A stretch of DNA of 64,000 nucleotides from Acidimicrobiia bacterium (lineage in GTDB: Bacteria; Actinomycetota; Acidimicrobiia; Spongiisociales; ZC4RG35), in contig JAWWBL010000001.1 in the NCBI GenBank assembly GCA_033720975.1, positions 8,611 through 72,610 on the forward strand. Direction: 5' to 3'. The translations under genes were made by a program, and so were the position numbers. The notes below the pieces were generated by a model. It was given only the letters and a program-made list of their open reading frames with translations. It was not told the origin of the DNA and did not search any database. Below are positions 26,956 through 36,231 of this stretch, piece after piece. Position 1 is the stretch's first letter; each line of letters begins with the position of its first letter.

Positions 26956-28253
26956 ACACCTCGACTGGGGAGAGGCGCGCCAGCGCCTCTCCCTCCCCCA
27001 AGCTGCGACGGCTCGCCGCTGTCCTAGTGGTGGCACTAGCGGCAGGTCTGATGATCTTGGGCGCCGGACCGGTTCAGCACCCATCCTCCGCACGTAGCAT
27101 CGCCGAGAGCGAGATCGACTTCTTCTCGCACCGCGTCGCCGAAAACCCGAGAGATGTCGTAAGCGCAACCCGGCTGGCACAGGCGCTGCGGCAGCATCAG
27201 AGAGAGACAAGCGACATCGCTTCACTCGCCGAAGCCGATGAGATCCTCTCGGCCGCGATCCGGGCGATCCCCGGATATCTTCCTGCCCGCCTCGCCCATG
27301 CACAGGTGCTCATCGACCTCCACCGATTCGAAGAGGGCCTGGCCCTGGCTACCGCCGTGGTCGAGTCCGGAGGTGACTCGAGTGCGCAGCTCACCGTCGG
27401 CGATGCCCTGCTGGCCCTTGGTGAATACGACCTGGCTGAAGCCACATTCAGAGCGGTGAAGCTCACGAGTGACTCGCCTGCCGTCGATGCGCGCCTCGCC
27501 AGACTCGCCGAGCTTCGAGGTGACCGCGCGGCCGCAATCGCAATCATGGAAGACGCCTTTGCCTTGGTCGTAACCGAGGCTCGGGGAGGCGAGCAGGTCG
27601 CCTGGTTCGCCACGAGGCTCGGAAACCTATACCTCGACGACGGACAGACGGATCCCGCCCTGGAACGGTTCGAGTCAGCGTTGTTCGCCCTGCCCGATTA
27701 CGCACCGGCGTTGACCGGCTTGGGAGATGTGGGCGTCGCACGCGGTGATATCGATGGGGCGATCACGTGGTACGAGAGAGCGACATCGGTGGCAACCGAT
27801 CCTGACTGGTACTTCACACTCGCTGAGCTGCATCGACTGGCCGGCAACCTGGAAGCCGGGGCCACATACACTGAACTCGCCGTAGGCACAGTGGCCACGT
27901 TCGGCGAGATCCACCCACGCGATTTTGCCCTCCACTACGCCAGCCTGGACAACCCGACGGCGATGTCGTTCGCCCAGAAGGGGTTGGACCGGACCGACGA
28001 CATCTATGCCCACGACACGATGGCATGGGTGCTCTACCACGCCGGCAATTACGAACTAGCTCAGAGCCACTCGAGGATTGCCCTCTCCCTGGGAACGAAA
28101 GACGCCGAGTTGATCTACCACTTGGGAGCGATCCTCCTGGCACTTGGTGACACGGCGGGCGGGACTGCTCTCATCCTCGAGGCTGTCAACATCGGATTGG
28201 ACCCCTGGGTTGAGGCAGAGGCCGCGGAGCTGTTGGCGGACGCTGAGAACTGA
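26952..28253 (+). CDS. Membrane-anchored TPR-repeat protein
   Basis: N-terminal TM helix LAAVLVVALAAGLMIL followed by multiple TPR-like helical repeats. TTG start overlapping the DUF4331 stop (TTGA), so the start is uncertain. Confidence 0.65.
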   Translation: MNTSTGERRASASPSPKLRRLAAVLVVALAAGLMILGAGPVQHPSSARSIAESEIDFFSHRVAENPRDVVSATRLAQALRQHQRETSDIASLAEADEILSAAIRAIPGYLPARLAHAQVLIDLHRFEEGLALATAVVESGGDSSAQLTVGDALLALGEYDLAEATFRAVKLTSDSPAVDARLARLAELRGDRAAAIAIMEDAFALVVTEARGGEQVAWFATRLGNLYLDDGQTDPALERFESALFALPDYAPALTGLGDVGVARGDIDGAITWYERATSVATDPDWYFTLAELHRLAGNLEAGATYTELAVGTVATFGEIHPRDFALHYASLDNPTAMSFAQKGLDRTDDIYAHDTMAWVLYHAGNYELAQSHSRIALSLGTKDAELIYHLGAILLALGDTAGGTALILEAVNIGLDPWVEAEAAELLADAEN

Positions 28254-28288
28254 TCCGGCGAGCGCCGAAGTCGGTCTTCTGAGCTGGG

Positions 28289-28969
28289 CTATAGCTCAGC
28301 TGACAGCAGCACTGGGCCGGTCGGAGCCGGTGAACCCTCACGTGGCTCTTCGGTGATGCCGACTACCAGCCCAACTGACGGGCTTCCGTCTAGCAGGACG
28401 ACGGCGCTGCCTCCGGTCGAGTTGAACGTCCCGGCCGGCACCGGGCCTTCCGCTCCTATGAGCCACAGTTGGTAGGTGCGCCCAGGATCCAGCGTGGGAA
28501 GACCTTCGAGTTCGACAACAGCCTGCTCTCGGGCCGGGGAGAAGACCACCCTTGCGACCGAAGGTGGCTGACCCGGATAATCGGCGGTGGCAACGAGGTC
28601 CACAGCAACTGCGTCCGGCGCGTCGAGCACCCTCCCGATGTCCCCACGGCCGAACACCGCCAACACACCAATCACAACCACAGCGACGGCCGCCGCGGGC
28701 AGCAGAATCGACCTCGACAGAGGCCTCGATGACACCGTCGACCGGGTGACCGCTGAACCTGCCCCGATCTGCGTCAAAATGCTCTCACGCATGTGGGCCG
28801 GTGGCGACTCGGCTACAGCCATGGCGATGGCATCGGCTCCTTCGCTGAGGGTTCGAACCTCCACCTGACAGCTCTGACACCCATCCAGGTGCTCCTCGAA
28901 GGCGGCAAGCTCCGCGGCGGTCAGAGCGCCGAGTACATAAGGAGCCGCGAGGTCGTGAAGATCACTCAC
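28289..28969 (-). CDS. Anti-sigma factor, RskA-like (zinc-finger anti-sigma domain + TM + extracytoplasmic domain)
   Basis: LAAPYVLGALTAAELAAFEEHLDGCQSCQ N-terminus (HxxxCxxC). Central TM helix. A 4-nt overlap with the upstream ECF sigma gene. Confidence 0.7.
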   Translation of the reverse strand: MSDLHDLAAPYVLGALTAAELAAFEEHLDGCQSCQVEVRTLSEGADAIAMAVAESPPAHMRESILTQIGAGSAVTRSTVSSRPLSRSILLPAAAVAVVVIGVLAVFGRGDIGRVLDAPDAVAVDLVATADYPGQPPSVARVVFSPAREQAVVELEGLPTLDPGRTYQLWLIGAEGPVPAGTFNSTGGSAVVLLDGSPSVGLVVGITEEPREGSPAPTGPVLLSAEL

Positions 28970-29625
28970 CGGTCCACCTCGTAGTGCTGTCTCATCTTCA
29001 TGAGACCGTCGCGCATTCTCGTCTTGACCGTGCCCAGCGGAAGGCCGAGCTCCTCGGCGACTTCAACGTACGTCTTTCCGCCGAAATAGGCGAGCTCGAC
29101 AACCACACGCTGTTTCTCGGTGAGCGTCCCTAGGACGTCGCGCACCTCACCGTGCTCTGCCTTCACGATGAGATCATCGGCGGCATCGTCGTGAATGGGT
29201 GTTACCCAGCCGGGTCCCACCCTGCTCTGGCGGTCCCTGACAGCCTGTTCGCTGCGAACGCGATCGACCGCACGAGCGCGAGCAATCATGAAAACCCAGC
29301 TTCGGGCTCTCGATCGATGAGGCTTCCAGTCGGCCGCCTTCCGCCATACCTCGAGAAAGACTTCCTGGGTGACCTCCTCTGCGTGCTCGCTCGATCGCAG
29401 AATCCGAAGAGCCGTTCCATAGACGGCCGGTGAGAGCTCGTCGTACAAGCGCGAGAACGAGGCCTTGTCGCCTCGTGCAACATCTGCGAGAGCTTGGTCG
29501 AGGTCATTGCGTGGATGCCGCGGTGAAGGCTGGGACGTGCTCAGTGTTGGCTCCTCACGCGGGCTTCGCCATCGTACCCCCCGTCGGAGGGTCGACATCG
29601 GAATGGCCAAAGCGGACCCGGTCAT
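28966..29625 (-). CDS. ECF (sigma-70 family, group IV) sigma factor, SigK-like
   Basis: Region 2 (FSRLYDELSPAVYGTALRILRSSEHAEEVTQEVFLEVWRKA) and region 4 (LTEKQRVVVELAYFGGKTYVEVAEELGLPLGTVKTRM). The true start may be the internal Met near 29598. Confidence 0.8.
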   Translation of the reverse strand: MTGSALAIPMSTLRRGVRWRSPREEPTLSTSQPSPRHPRNDLDQALADVARGDKASFSRLYDELSPAVYGTALRILRSSEHAEEVTQEVFLEVWRKAADWKPHRSRARSWVFMIARARAVDRVRSEQAVRDRQSRVGPGWVTPIHDDAADDLIVKAEHGEVRDVLGTLTEKQRVVVELAYFGGKTYVEVAEELGLPLGTVKTRMRDGLMKMRQHYEVDR

Positions 29626-29700
29626 CGAAATCAGTTCGGACCCGACAGGGTCACAGTTCGGGTCTAGAGAGAGAAGCCTGATCGCGTCGAGCTACCGGTC

Positions 29701-31776
29701 CTAGCTTGTGACGGTCACTGGGATGCTCCCGCTGACAGTTGTGCCCGTTCCGACAATCGATCGAATCTCCAATGTGCCTCCCAGGGCCTCGATGCGATCG
29801 GTCATGTTGGTGAGGCCGCGGCCCTTTGCATCCGCACCCATCTCGAAGCCGTCACCATCATCCGTGACCCGAAACACAAGATGGCCGTCGTCTTGAGTGA
29901 GGCTCACCTCTACGCCGTTGGCATTCGCGTACTTGGCCGCATTCTGAAGAGCCTCGAGGACGCAGAAATAGACGGCGGCCTCGACCTCCGGTGGATAGCG
30001 CCGAACCTCCTCGGTCGCCGATACGGCGACACGAACCGGAGCTTTGGCAGCTCGAGCTCGAAGCGCAGTGGGCAGACCTTCGCTCTCGAGAAGAGGCGGG
30101 AAGATCCCATGAGCCAATTCCCGGAGGCTCTCCACACCCTCATCCATGTCGGTGAGCACCTCGCCCAGCATTGCCTCCGCACGGTTCCCGTCCCCACGAG
30201 CCACGAGCTGGCGCGCAACGCTGAGTTTCATCTTGATCGCGATCAGCTGTTGTTGGGCGCCGTCGTGGAGGTCGCGCTCGAGTCGGCGACGCTCTTCGTC
30301 TTGTGCCGAGACCAGCCGTTGCCTGGAGGCACGCAACTCTCGCACCAGTCTTGCGTTGCGCAGCACCAGCCCGGCTTGCGACGCCACGTCGTCCACCAAC
30401 TGCTCCTGTGACTTCGTCAGCTCCTCGTTGGCGGGCATCGTCACCGTCATCGCCCCGAGCAGCTCTCCCTCGTGTTCGACCGTGGCGAGGTGATCGACTC
30501 CTGTGATTGACGGTGTTCCGTCAACGAGGACCGCAGAAACCTCATTTATCTCGTCGCCTGGCCAGATCGCTAGGGGCGTCAGTTGGCCATCCGAGTTTGT
30601 CCACACGACCGCCCGGCTGGCACCGGTTCCCGCAACCAGCAACTGTGCCAGTTGCGGAATGACCTCTTCGACGTCGACGGCGTCCCGCATGTGCGCCGAG
30701 AACCGACTCAGCACCTCATAGGGGGTCGCCCGCTCCCCGTACACGAGCCGGTCGGCCCAGGTTCGCATCCTGACTCGAAGTGGCTGGAAGGCAATGGCTA
30801 CCACCACGGTGGCAGCAATCGATAGCGGAAGCGTTGCCTCTTCTCGCGATCCGACGGCAAAGCCGATCGCTCCCACAATGACCGCGTACACGACGGTGAT
30901 GAACCCGGCCAGCCCGGCCACCACCACGGTGCGACTGATGACGACGTTGATATCGAAGAGGCGGTGCCTGCCGACGGCGATGCCCAGGGCGGCGATGAGA
31001 ACGACTCCGCCGATCATCAGCAAGACACTCTCCAAACCTTGGAAGCGAGGCGCGTCGATGACGAGGGACATCACGGCCATGGGAACGAAGATCGATGCTC
31101 CCCACACCACCCATTTGAACTGTTCCCTGACCTCTCCGGAGCTGTGCCTGAACCGAACCACTAGCGCAGCCAGGGACAGGACCGCGCCGGCTGCAACGAT
31201 CATTTGTCCCGCCCGAAACAGGAACTGGTCCTGGTTCATCGAGGTGTTGCCAGGTCGCATGCCCCAGGCTGCGCCCGTTACTAGCGCGGCAATACCCACC
31301 AGGGCCAGCACCACCACCCAACGCCAACGGGGTGACGGAAGCCTTCCGTCCGGGAAGACCAGAAAGGCGAACAAACCCAAAGGTGTGACTACCCCGATGG
31401 GAAAGGTCACCGCCTTGATCAGGGCTGCCGATGTCGGAAGTTGAGCGGGCACCAAGTCGCTACTCACCGCCAGGGCCACCATTTCGGAGCTCTCACGCAC
31501 AACGAGCGCCGCACCAGCCATGCCGAGTAGATGGACGCCGGGGCTGAATGCCACCACCGTCATCACCCAAGCAAACGCGTTCTTCGGCTGCTGCGGTAGG
31601 ACCCACCACATCAACACGGCCGTGGAAATCGACACGAAGGCCAGAAACCCGCCGTCGATCGACCACCAAGTCTCGAAATCCGCGACCCCGATGATCACGG
31701 CTGATCCGATCAGTGCGCCAATACCCCCGACCACAGCCGCCGTCCGCAGAAGAGAGATCAACCGTCGGTCTGTCAT
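29701..31776 (-). CDS. Sensor histidine kinase, NarL/HisKA_3 type, with a large polytopic membrane sensor and a GAF-like linker
   Basis: About 10 TM helices, then the HisKA_3 box RRLERDLHDGAQQQL, then HATPase_c (LQNAAKYANA ... DDGDGF ... GRGLTNMTDRIEALGG). Confidence 0.85.
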   Translation of the reverse strand: MTDRRLISLLRTAAVVGGIGALIGSAVIIGVADFETWWSIDGGFLAFVSISTAVLMWWVLPQQPKNAFAWVMTVVAFSPGVHLLGMAGAALVVRESSEMVALAVSSDLVPAQLPTSAALIKAVTFPIGVVTPLGLFAFLVFPDGRLPSPRWRWVVVLALVGIAALVTGAAWGMRPGNTSMNQDQFLFRAGQMIVAAGAVLSLAALVVRFRHSSGEVREQFKWVVWGASIFVPMAVMSLVIDAPRFQGLESVLLMIGGVVLIAALGIAVGRHRLFDINVVISRTVVVAGLAGFITVVYAVIVGAIGFAVGSREEATLPLSIAATVVVAIAFQPLRVRMRTWADRLVYGERATPYEVLSRFSAHMRDAVDVEEVIPQLAQLLVAGTGASRAVVWTNSDGQLTPLAIWPGDEINEVSAVLVDGTPSITGVDHLATVEHEGELLGAMTVTMPANEELTKSQEQLVDDVASQAGLVLRNARLVRELRASRQRLVSAQDEERRRLERDLHDGAQQQLIAIKMKLSVARQLVARGDGNRAEAMLGEVLTDMDEGVESLRELAHGIFPPLLESEGLPTALRARAAKAPVRVAVSATEEVRRYPPEVEAAVYFCVLEALQNAAKYANANGVEVSLTQDDGHLVFRVTDDGDGFEMGADAKGRGLTNMTDRIEALGGTLEIRSIVGTGTTVSGSIPVTVTS

Positions 31777-31956
31777 CGCGACGCACCTCGAAAACGCGAT
31801 CTACCCCGCGAGGCCTCGACGTCGGAACAACCCATCTCGAGCCAATTGTCCAGGCCCTGGGGCGGGCCGTCAATCATGCCAACACAACCAGCAATGTGAG
31901 GGCAGCCCCACCAGCCACAAGGCGTGAGGGCCCGTACGCCTACCGGCGATCCGGCA

Positions 31957-32550
31957 TCAGTCCAACCCGATGTGATCCAGAAACAGATCGATCGCTAGAT
32001 CCATCACAGGAAGCCAGTCGCTGCCTCCCGGGTTGTAGGCGTGCTGTTGGGCGACCACTCCGTTGCCCAGGGCGATGAAGAGCCTGACCGTTTCTTCATC
32101 CTCAACACCGAGATCGGCGAGCATCCCGAATACGTGGACCTCAGCCACCTGCTCTGCCAAGGCAACCGATTCAGCCGACGGTGTGAAAGGAAGAGATTTG
32201 TCGAAGATCAGCGAATATCGCGCCGGGTCTTCGACACAGAAGTCGAAATACCGCCTCCCCGTCTCCTTGATCGACGAGCGGGTCAGGTCCAGCTGGCCAC
32301 CGTCGCGTTCAAGACGTTCCCTCAGCTGTAAGTACGCCGAGCGGTACATCGAGTCGTACAGATCGTTCTTGGTCTCGAAGTACTGATAGAGAGAAGGAGC
32401 CTTCATCCCAACGGTCGCGGCGAGCTCTCGGAGGCCGAAACGCCCAATGCCCCTCTCTCTCGCCAGATCCCAGGCCGCGTCGAGAATCTCCGACTTGACC
32501 CTCTCATGACGGCTTTCTCTCCGATCGGAAGCCTCTTGCATATCTAACAT
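31957..32550 (-). CDS. TetR-family transcriptional regulator
   Basis: N-terminal HTH ILDAAWDLARERGIGRFGLRELAATVGMKAPSLYQYF. Confidence 0.85.
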   Translation of the reverse strand: MLDMQEASDRRESRHERVKSEILDAAWDLARERGIGRFGLRELAATVGMKAPSLYQYFETKNDLYDSMYRSAYLQLRERLERDGGQLDLTRSSIKETGRRYFDFCVEDPARYSLIFDKSLPFTPSAESVALAEQVAEVHVFGMLADLGVEDEETVRLFIALGNGVVAQQHAYNPGGSDWLPVMDLAIDLFLDHIGLD

Positions 32551-32620
32551 TGTTAGGATATTCTAACGGTGTTAGAGACGAGTCCAAGGAACCAATCGGG
32601 ATGTATGGGCCGAATCTGAG

Positions 32621-33301
32621 ATGCCACGCAGTGCAGATCATCTGGGCGCCGACCTGATCATGTCAGTCGAAACGGAGCTGCTGGCCGGGCGCATCGGGGG
32701 AATACTCCTGATTCTCGGAGCAATCGTGATGTTCACAGGAGCGGCCATACCGTTCCTCACCCATTTGGGCGGGGAGGCCTGGACCGGCTTGCCAGGTGAA
32801 GTGATGTCTGCGGTGGCACGGGGTCCCGGATTGTGGCGTTGGGCCAACGGCCTCATCGCAGTAGCAGCACTGATCACTGTCTTGGGTCTTGCCGGCGCCG
32901 TACGCCTGTTTTGGTCCGACGGTCCTCTCGCCCTCGCCGGACTTGCGACCTTTGTCGTCGCAACCGGTCTCGAGATCACCAGCAGAACGCTCAACATGAG
33001 TGTCTACCCATGGGCAGCGGCACAGGGGAAGCCCGCAGCAACGGTCGTCTTCGAAGGCCTGTACGAGCTGAGCGAGAGCCTGATACAAGGCTTCATATTG
33101 ATAGCGTTCGTCGCCCTGGTGCTTTTTGGGATAGCCGCCCTTCAATACGGCGCGGGCGGGCTCGGAGCTCTCCTCGTTGTGTTTGGCGTGATTGGCATCT
33201 TCCTGGAAATCGTCGGCGCCGCAATTCCGGCCCTGGTTTTCATGGGCACCGGTGCGCTGGGCATCTGGATGCTGGCCATAGCTCGCCCGTCCGGGTCATA
33301 A
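32621..33301 (+). CDS. Integral membrane protein (hypothetical, 6 TM)
   Basis: Hydrophobic ORF divergent from the TetR gene. No motif recognised. Confidence 0.5.
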   Translation: MPRSADHLGADLIMSVETELLAGRIGGILLILGAIVMFTGAAIPFLTHLGGEAWTGLPGEVMSAVARGPGLWRWANGLIAVAALITVLGLAGAVRLFWSDGPLALAGLATFVVATGLEITSRTLNMSVYPWAAAQGKPAATVVFEGLYELSESLIQGFILIAFVALVLFGIAALQYGAGGLGALLVVFGVIGIFLEIVGAAIPALVFMGTGALGIWMLAIARPSGS

Positions 33302-33344
33302 CCCGTCAACGTCACCAGTTCCAACTCATGGATAGTCTCCTGGG

Positions 33345-34205
33345 ATGCCTCACGGTTCCCGCGAGGGTCGAGTTGATGTTCAGGGCGGCTCTATCTGGTA
33401 CCGGGTCCTAGAAGGCGGTGACCGCCTTCCTCTCGTGACTCTCCACGGGGGCCCTGGTTTCCCATCGATCTCACTGCAGCCGCTAGAAGCGCTCGCGACC
33501 GACAGGCCCGTGGTCTTTTACGACCAATTGGGATGCGGCAACTCCGACCGCCCCGAGGATGAGAGCCTGTGGGCGGTCGATCGTTTTGTCGATGAGTTGG
33601 AGTCGCTCCTCGATCACCTGGGTTACGACGAGGTTCACCTGCTCGGGCACTCGTGGGGAACGCTCCTAGCACTCGAGTTCTACTTGGCACACCCGGGCCG
33701 TGTGGCATCGATAGTCATGGTCGGTCCCTGGTTCAGCACGCCGAGATGGATCGCCGACTGTGGGCGCCTCATTTCCGGCATGCCGCCCGAGCTCCGAGCG
33801 ATCCACGCCAATCCCGACGCAACAGAAAAGGACATCGAGCTGCTGAACACGGAGTTCAGGAAGCGGCACATCCTGAGACTGGACGAAGCACCTGATGCAA
33901 TGAAGGAGGCGAGAGAGGGTTTCGGTCTGCCCGTTTACAACGCCATGTGGGGCCCGAACGAATTCACCTCGACCGGCACCCTTAAGGACTACGACAGGAC
34001 TAACGACCTCACAAAGGTTGAAGTGCCGGTGCTCTTCGTGTGTGGCCGACATGACGAGGCCACTCCCGAGAGTGCGACCTACTTCGCATCGCTAGTGCCC
34101 GAGGCTCAACTCCACGTCTTGGAGGAGGCCTCCCACTTCCCGTTTCTGGAACAGCCCGACGAGTTCCTAGAAGCCGTCGGGGACTTCTTGGCGACGAGGC
34201 GCTAG
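33345..34205 (+). CDS. Alpha/beta hydrolase, proline iminopeptidase-like
   Basis: HGGPG oxyanion motif and the GHSWG nucleophile elbow. About 286 aa. Confidence 0.8.
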   Translation: MPHGSREGRVDVQGGSIWYRVLEGGDRLPLVTLHGGPGFPSISLQPLEALATDRPVVFYDQLGCGNSDRPEDESLWAVDRFVDELESLLDHLGYDEVHLLGHSWGTLLALEFYLAHPGRVASIVMVGPWFSTPRWIADCGRLISGMPPELRAIHANPDATEKDIELLNTEFRKRHILRLDEAPDAMKEAREGFGLPVYNAMWGPNEFTSTGTLKDYDRTNDLTKVEVPVLFVCGRHDEATPESATYFASLVPEAQLHVLEEASHFPFLEQPDEFLEAVGDFLATRR

Positions 34206-34271
34206 AGAGGCAAGGCCCACCTACGCCTCACTCGGGGCAACACGACCTGCCGGACGAAACGTCCGACGGCA

Positions 34272-34550
34272 TCAGTGGTCTATCGGCGCCTCACCGGTCG
34301 AAGCCGAGCACAGGGCGTGACCACAAAAGCATTTCTCCTCGGAGTCGCCGCCGATCCCCATCCGGCAGGTTGGGCCGCAGTGGTCCAGATCGTCGGCGAT
34401 CTCGCAACTGCAGGGGCCGTTGCCACAGGTCTTGGTCCGAGTTGATGCTTTTGAGGCTCCTCCAGTCAAGAACGGGGGGTCGCTCGTGTGAGAGGGCGGC
34501 AGGTCGCCTGGCTTCGACCGATTTCGCTGGGTCATATGCACGGGTCTCAA
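34272..34550 (-). CDS. Cysteine-rich small protein, metallothionein-like (9 Cys + His in ~45 aa)
   Basis: KTCGNGPCSCEIADDLDHCGPTCRMGIGGDSEEKCFCGHALCS. ATGA overlap with the upstream small ORF suggests translational coupling. Confidence 0.4.
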   Translation of the reverse strand: MRPVHMTQRNRSKPGDLPPSHTSDPPFLTGGASKASTRTKTCGNGPCSCEIADDLDHCGPTCRMGIGGDSEEKCFCGHALCSASTGEAPIDH

Positions 34551-34846
34551 CCCTTGCGCCTCCCGTAGGTGCTCTTCCCGAGGGCTTCCATGAGCTCCTC
34601 GACCCGTCCCTCGATCACCCTCCCCAGGTCATTGAGATCCACAGACGTTCCGTCCTCAAGCGTCATCAGGGGATTCACCACTTCTCCGTTGAACTCTGCC
34701 AGCGAGTCACGGGCCGCCCGGGCCTTGGTCAAGTCAAAGAGAACCCGCTGCCACCAGCGCGATTCGCTCTCCCTGAGTTGTTGTAGCTTGCGATTTCGCT
34801 TTCGCTCCTCTTTGGCGGTCTTTGATTTCGGCTTGGTTTGAGCCAT
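34547..34846 (-). CDS. Small basic hypothetical protein (99 aa)
   Basis: Lys/Arg-rich N-terminus. Sits between the DUF7218-like gene and the Cys-rich ORF, with tight spacing suggestive of an operon. Confidence 0.4.
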   Translation of the reverse strand: MAQTKPKSKTAKEERKRNRKLQQLRESESRWWQRVLFDLTKARAARDSLAEFNGEVVNPLMTLEDGTSVDLNDLGRVIEGRVEELMEALGKSTYGRRKG

Positions 34847-34849
34847 CCG

Positions 34850-35104
34850 TCAGCTCCCTCTCAGGGCGTCTATCAGTTGATCTTTGGTCATCTCCGACCT
34901 GCCTTCTATTTCGAGACGCTGGGCCTTGCCGTAGAGCTCGTCCTTGGTCCACTCCTCATACGGATCGGACTGGCCACCCCTCGTGGCGGCCTCGGTCCGC
35001 GGCGTGTTGGCAATCCGCGCAGCCTTCTCTTTCCTCATACCCTGTTCACGCAAGGCCTCATACTGCTCGTTGTCTTTGATGGACGGGCCATGATCCTTGG
35101 CCAT
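34850..35104 (-). CDS. Small protein with a Rho-termination-factor-N-terminal-like domain (DUF7218-like)
   Basis: MAKDHGPSIKDNEQYEALREQGMRKEKAARIANTPR ... WTKDELYGKAQRLEIEGRSEMTKDQLIDALRG. Trimmed from the track ORF 34850..35449, whose N-terminal 115 aa look non-coding. Confidence 0.6.
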   Translation of the reverse strand: MAKDHGPSIKDNEQYEALREQGMRKEKAARIANTPRTEAATRGGQSDPYEEWTKDELYGKAQRLEIEGRSEMTKDQLIDALRGS

Positions 35105-35178
35105 CTGGACTCCCGTAAATCGCGTAGATAAGTCGTTACCCAATAAGCAGCACCGCGAAACACCCGCTCGAGGCGATT

Positions 35179-35406
35179 TCAGCGGTCTCGCAGTAGCAGG
35201 GCGATCAGATTGGCGACAACTGTCAGGACGACGCTGACCACGATCATCGAGGTTATGGGGATAAAGACACGAGAATTCTCCGACTCGATCCGCACGTCGC
35301 CGGGGAGGTTTCCGAACCAGGCGAACAGCCCTGGGACAAAGCGAACGAGGACGCCGACGACGACGAGCACCGCACCTATGAGAATCAGGACATTGCCCAA
35401 CCGCAT
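35179..35406 (-). CDS. DUF2905-family small membrane protein
   Basis: 75 aa with two TM helices and a central NLPGDVRIE motif typical of DUF2905. Confidence 0.55.
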   Translation of the reverse strand: MRLGNVLILIGAVLVVVGVLVRFVPGLFAWFGNLPGDVRIESENSRVFIPITSMIVVSVVLTVVANLIALLLRDR

Positions 35407-35493
35407 GGAAGAAGGATAAATCGCAACCAGCGAACACCCCGATCGACAAGGGTCATGTCAACATGCCCCCGGAGATCGAGCTGAGGAGAACCC

Positions 35494-36231
35494 ATGGTCG
35501 ACCTGTCGGGTCAGGTGGCGATCGTCACCGGATCGTCGAGCGGTATCGGGGAGGCGGTCGCACGTCAGATTTCCGAGCTAGGGATGCACGTCGTTGTCAA
35601 CTCGGCGCGCTCGATCGAAGCCGGAACGGCTGTCGCCGAGTCTCTAGCCACGCGCTCGGTGTACGTCCAGGGTGATATCTCCGACAAGACCCAGGGCCAG
35701 ACCCTCGTCGATACGGCGTTGAACGAGTTTGGGCGGCTCGACCTGCTGGTGAACAACGCCGGCTGGACGACGGTCGTCCCTCACTCCGACTTGGAAGGGT
35801 TGACCGACGAGATCCTGATACAGACCTTCGAAGTCAACGTCTATGGGACCTGGTGGCTGACCAAGGCAGCCATGCCTCCCCTTTCCGAATCACCCAACGG
35901 CAATGTAGTGATGGTCACCTCGATCGCCGGGCTGCGTCCACTCGGAAGCTCGTTGGCCTATGCCATGTCAAAGGCTGCCCTGAACCACTTGGCCGTTCTC
36001 CTCGCGAAGGCATGTGGCCCTGTGAGAGTCAATGCGGTGGCACCCGGGCTCATCGCCACTCCGTGGACCGAGGGCTGGGACGAGATGCATGAGTTTGTGT
36101 CCCAAACCGCTCCTATGGCCCGCTCCGGAACGCCCGACGACGTGGCACACGCCGTGGTGATGCTGGCGACCAACGCGTACACCACCGGGGAGATCCTCGT
36201 GGTCGACGGTGGCCTCACCCAGGTCCTCTGA
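35494..36231 (+). CDS. SDR-family oxidoreductase
   Basis: TGSSSGIGEAVAR, NNAG, and a catalytic SxnY...K region (SIAGL ... YAMSKAAL). Confidence 0.85.
   Translation: MVDLSGQVAIVTGSSSGIGEAVARQISELGMHVVVNSARSIEAGTAVAESLATRSVYVQGDISDKTQGQTLVDTALNEFGRLDLLVNNAGWTTVVPHSDLEGLTDEILIQTFEVNVYGTWWLTKAAMPPLSESPNGNVVMVTSIAGLRPLGSSLAYAMSKAALNHLAVLLAKACGPVRVNAVAPGLIATPWTEGWDEMHEFVSQTAPMARSGTPDDVAHAVVMLATNAYTTGEILVVDGGLTQVL

Noticed and set aside
28281-28305. GGGCTATAGCTCAGCTG 17-mer identical to the canonical 5' acceptor/D-arm of many tRNAs
   Set aside because: The sequence diverges immediately afterwards and cannot be folded into a cloverleaf. It overlaps the 3' end of the anti-sigma gene, is part of an imperfect palindrome and may act as a terminator. 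Too short to call a tRNA remnant with confidence.
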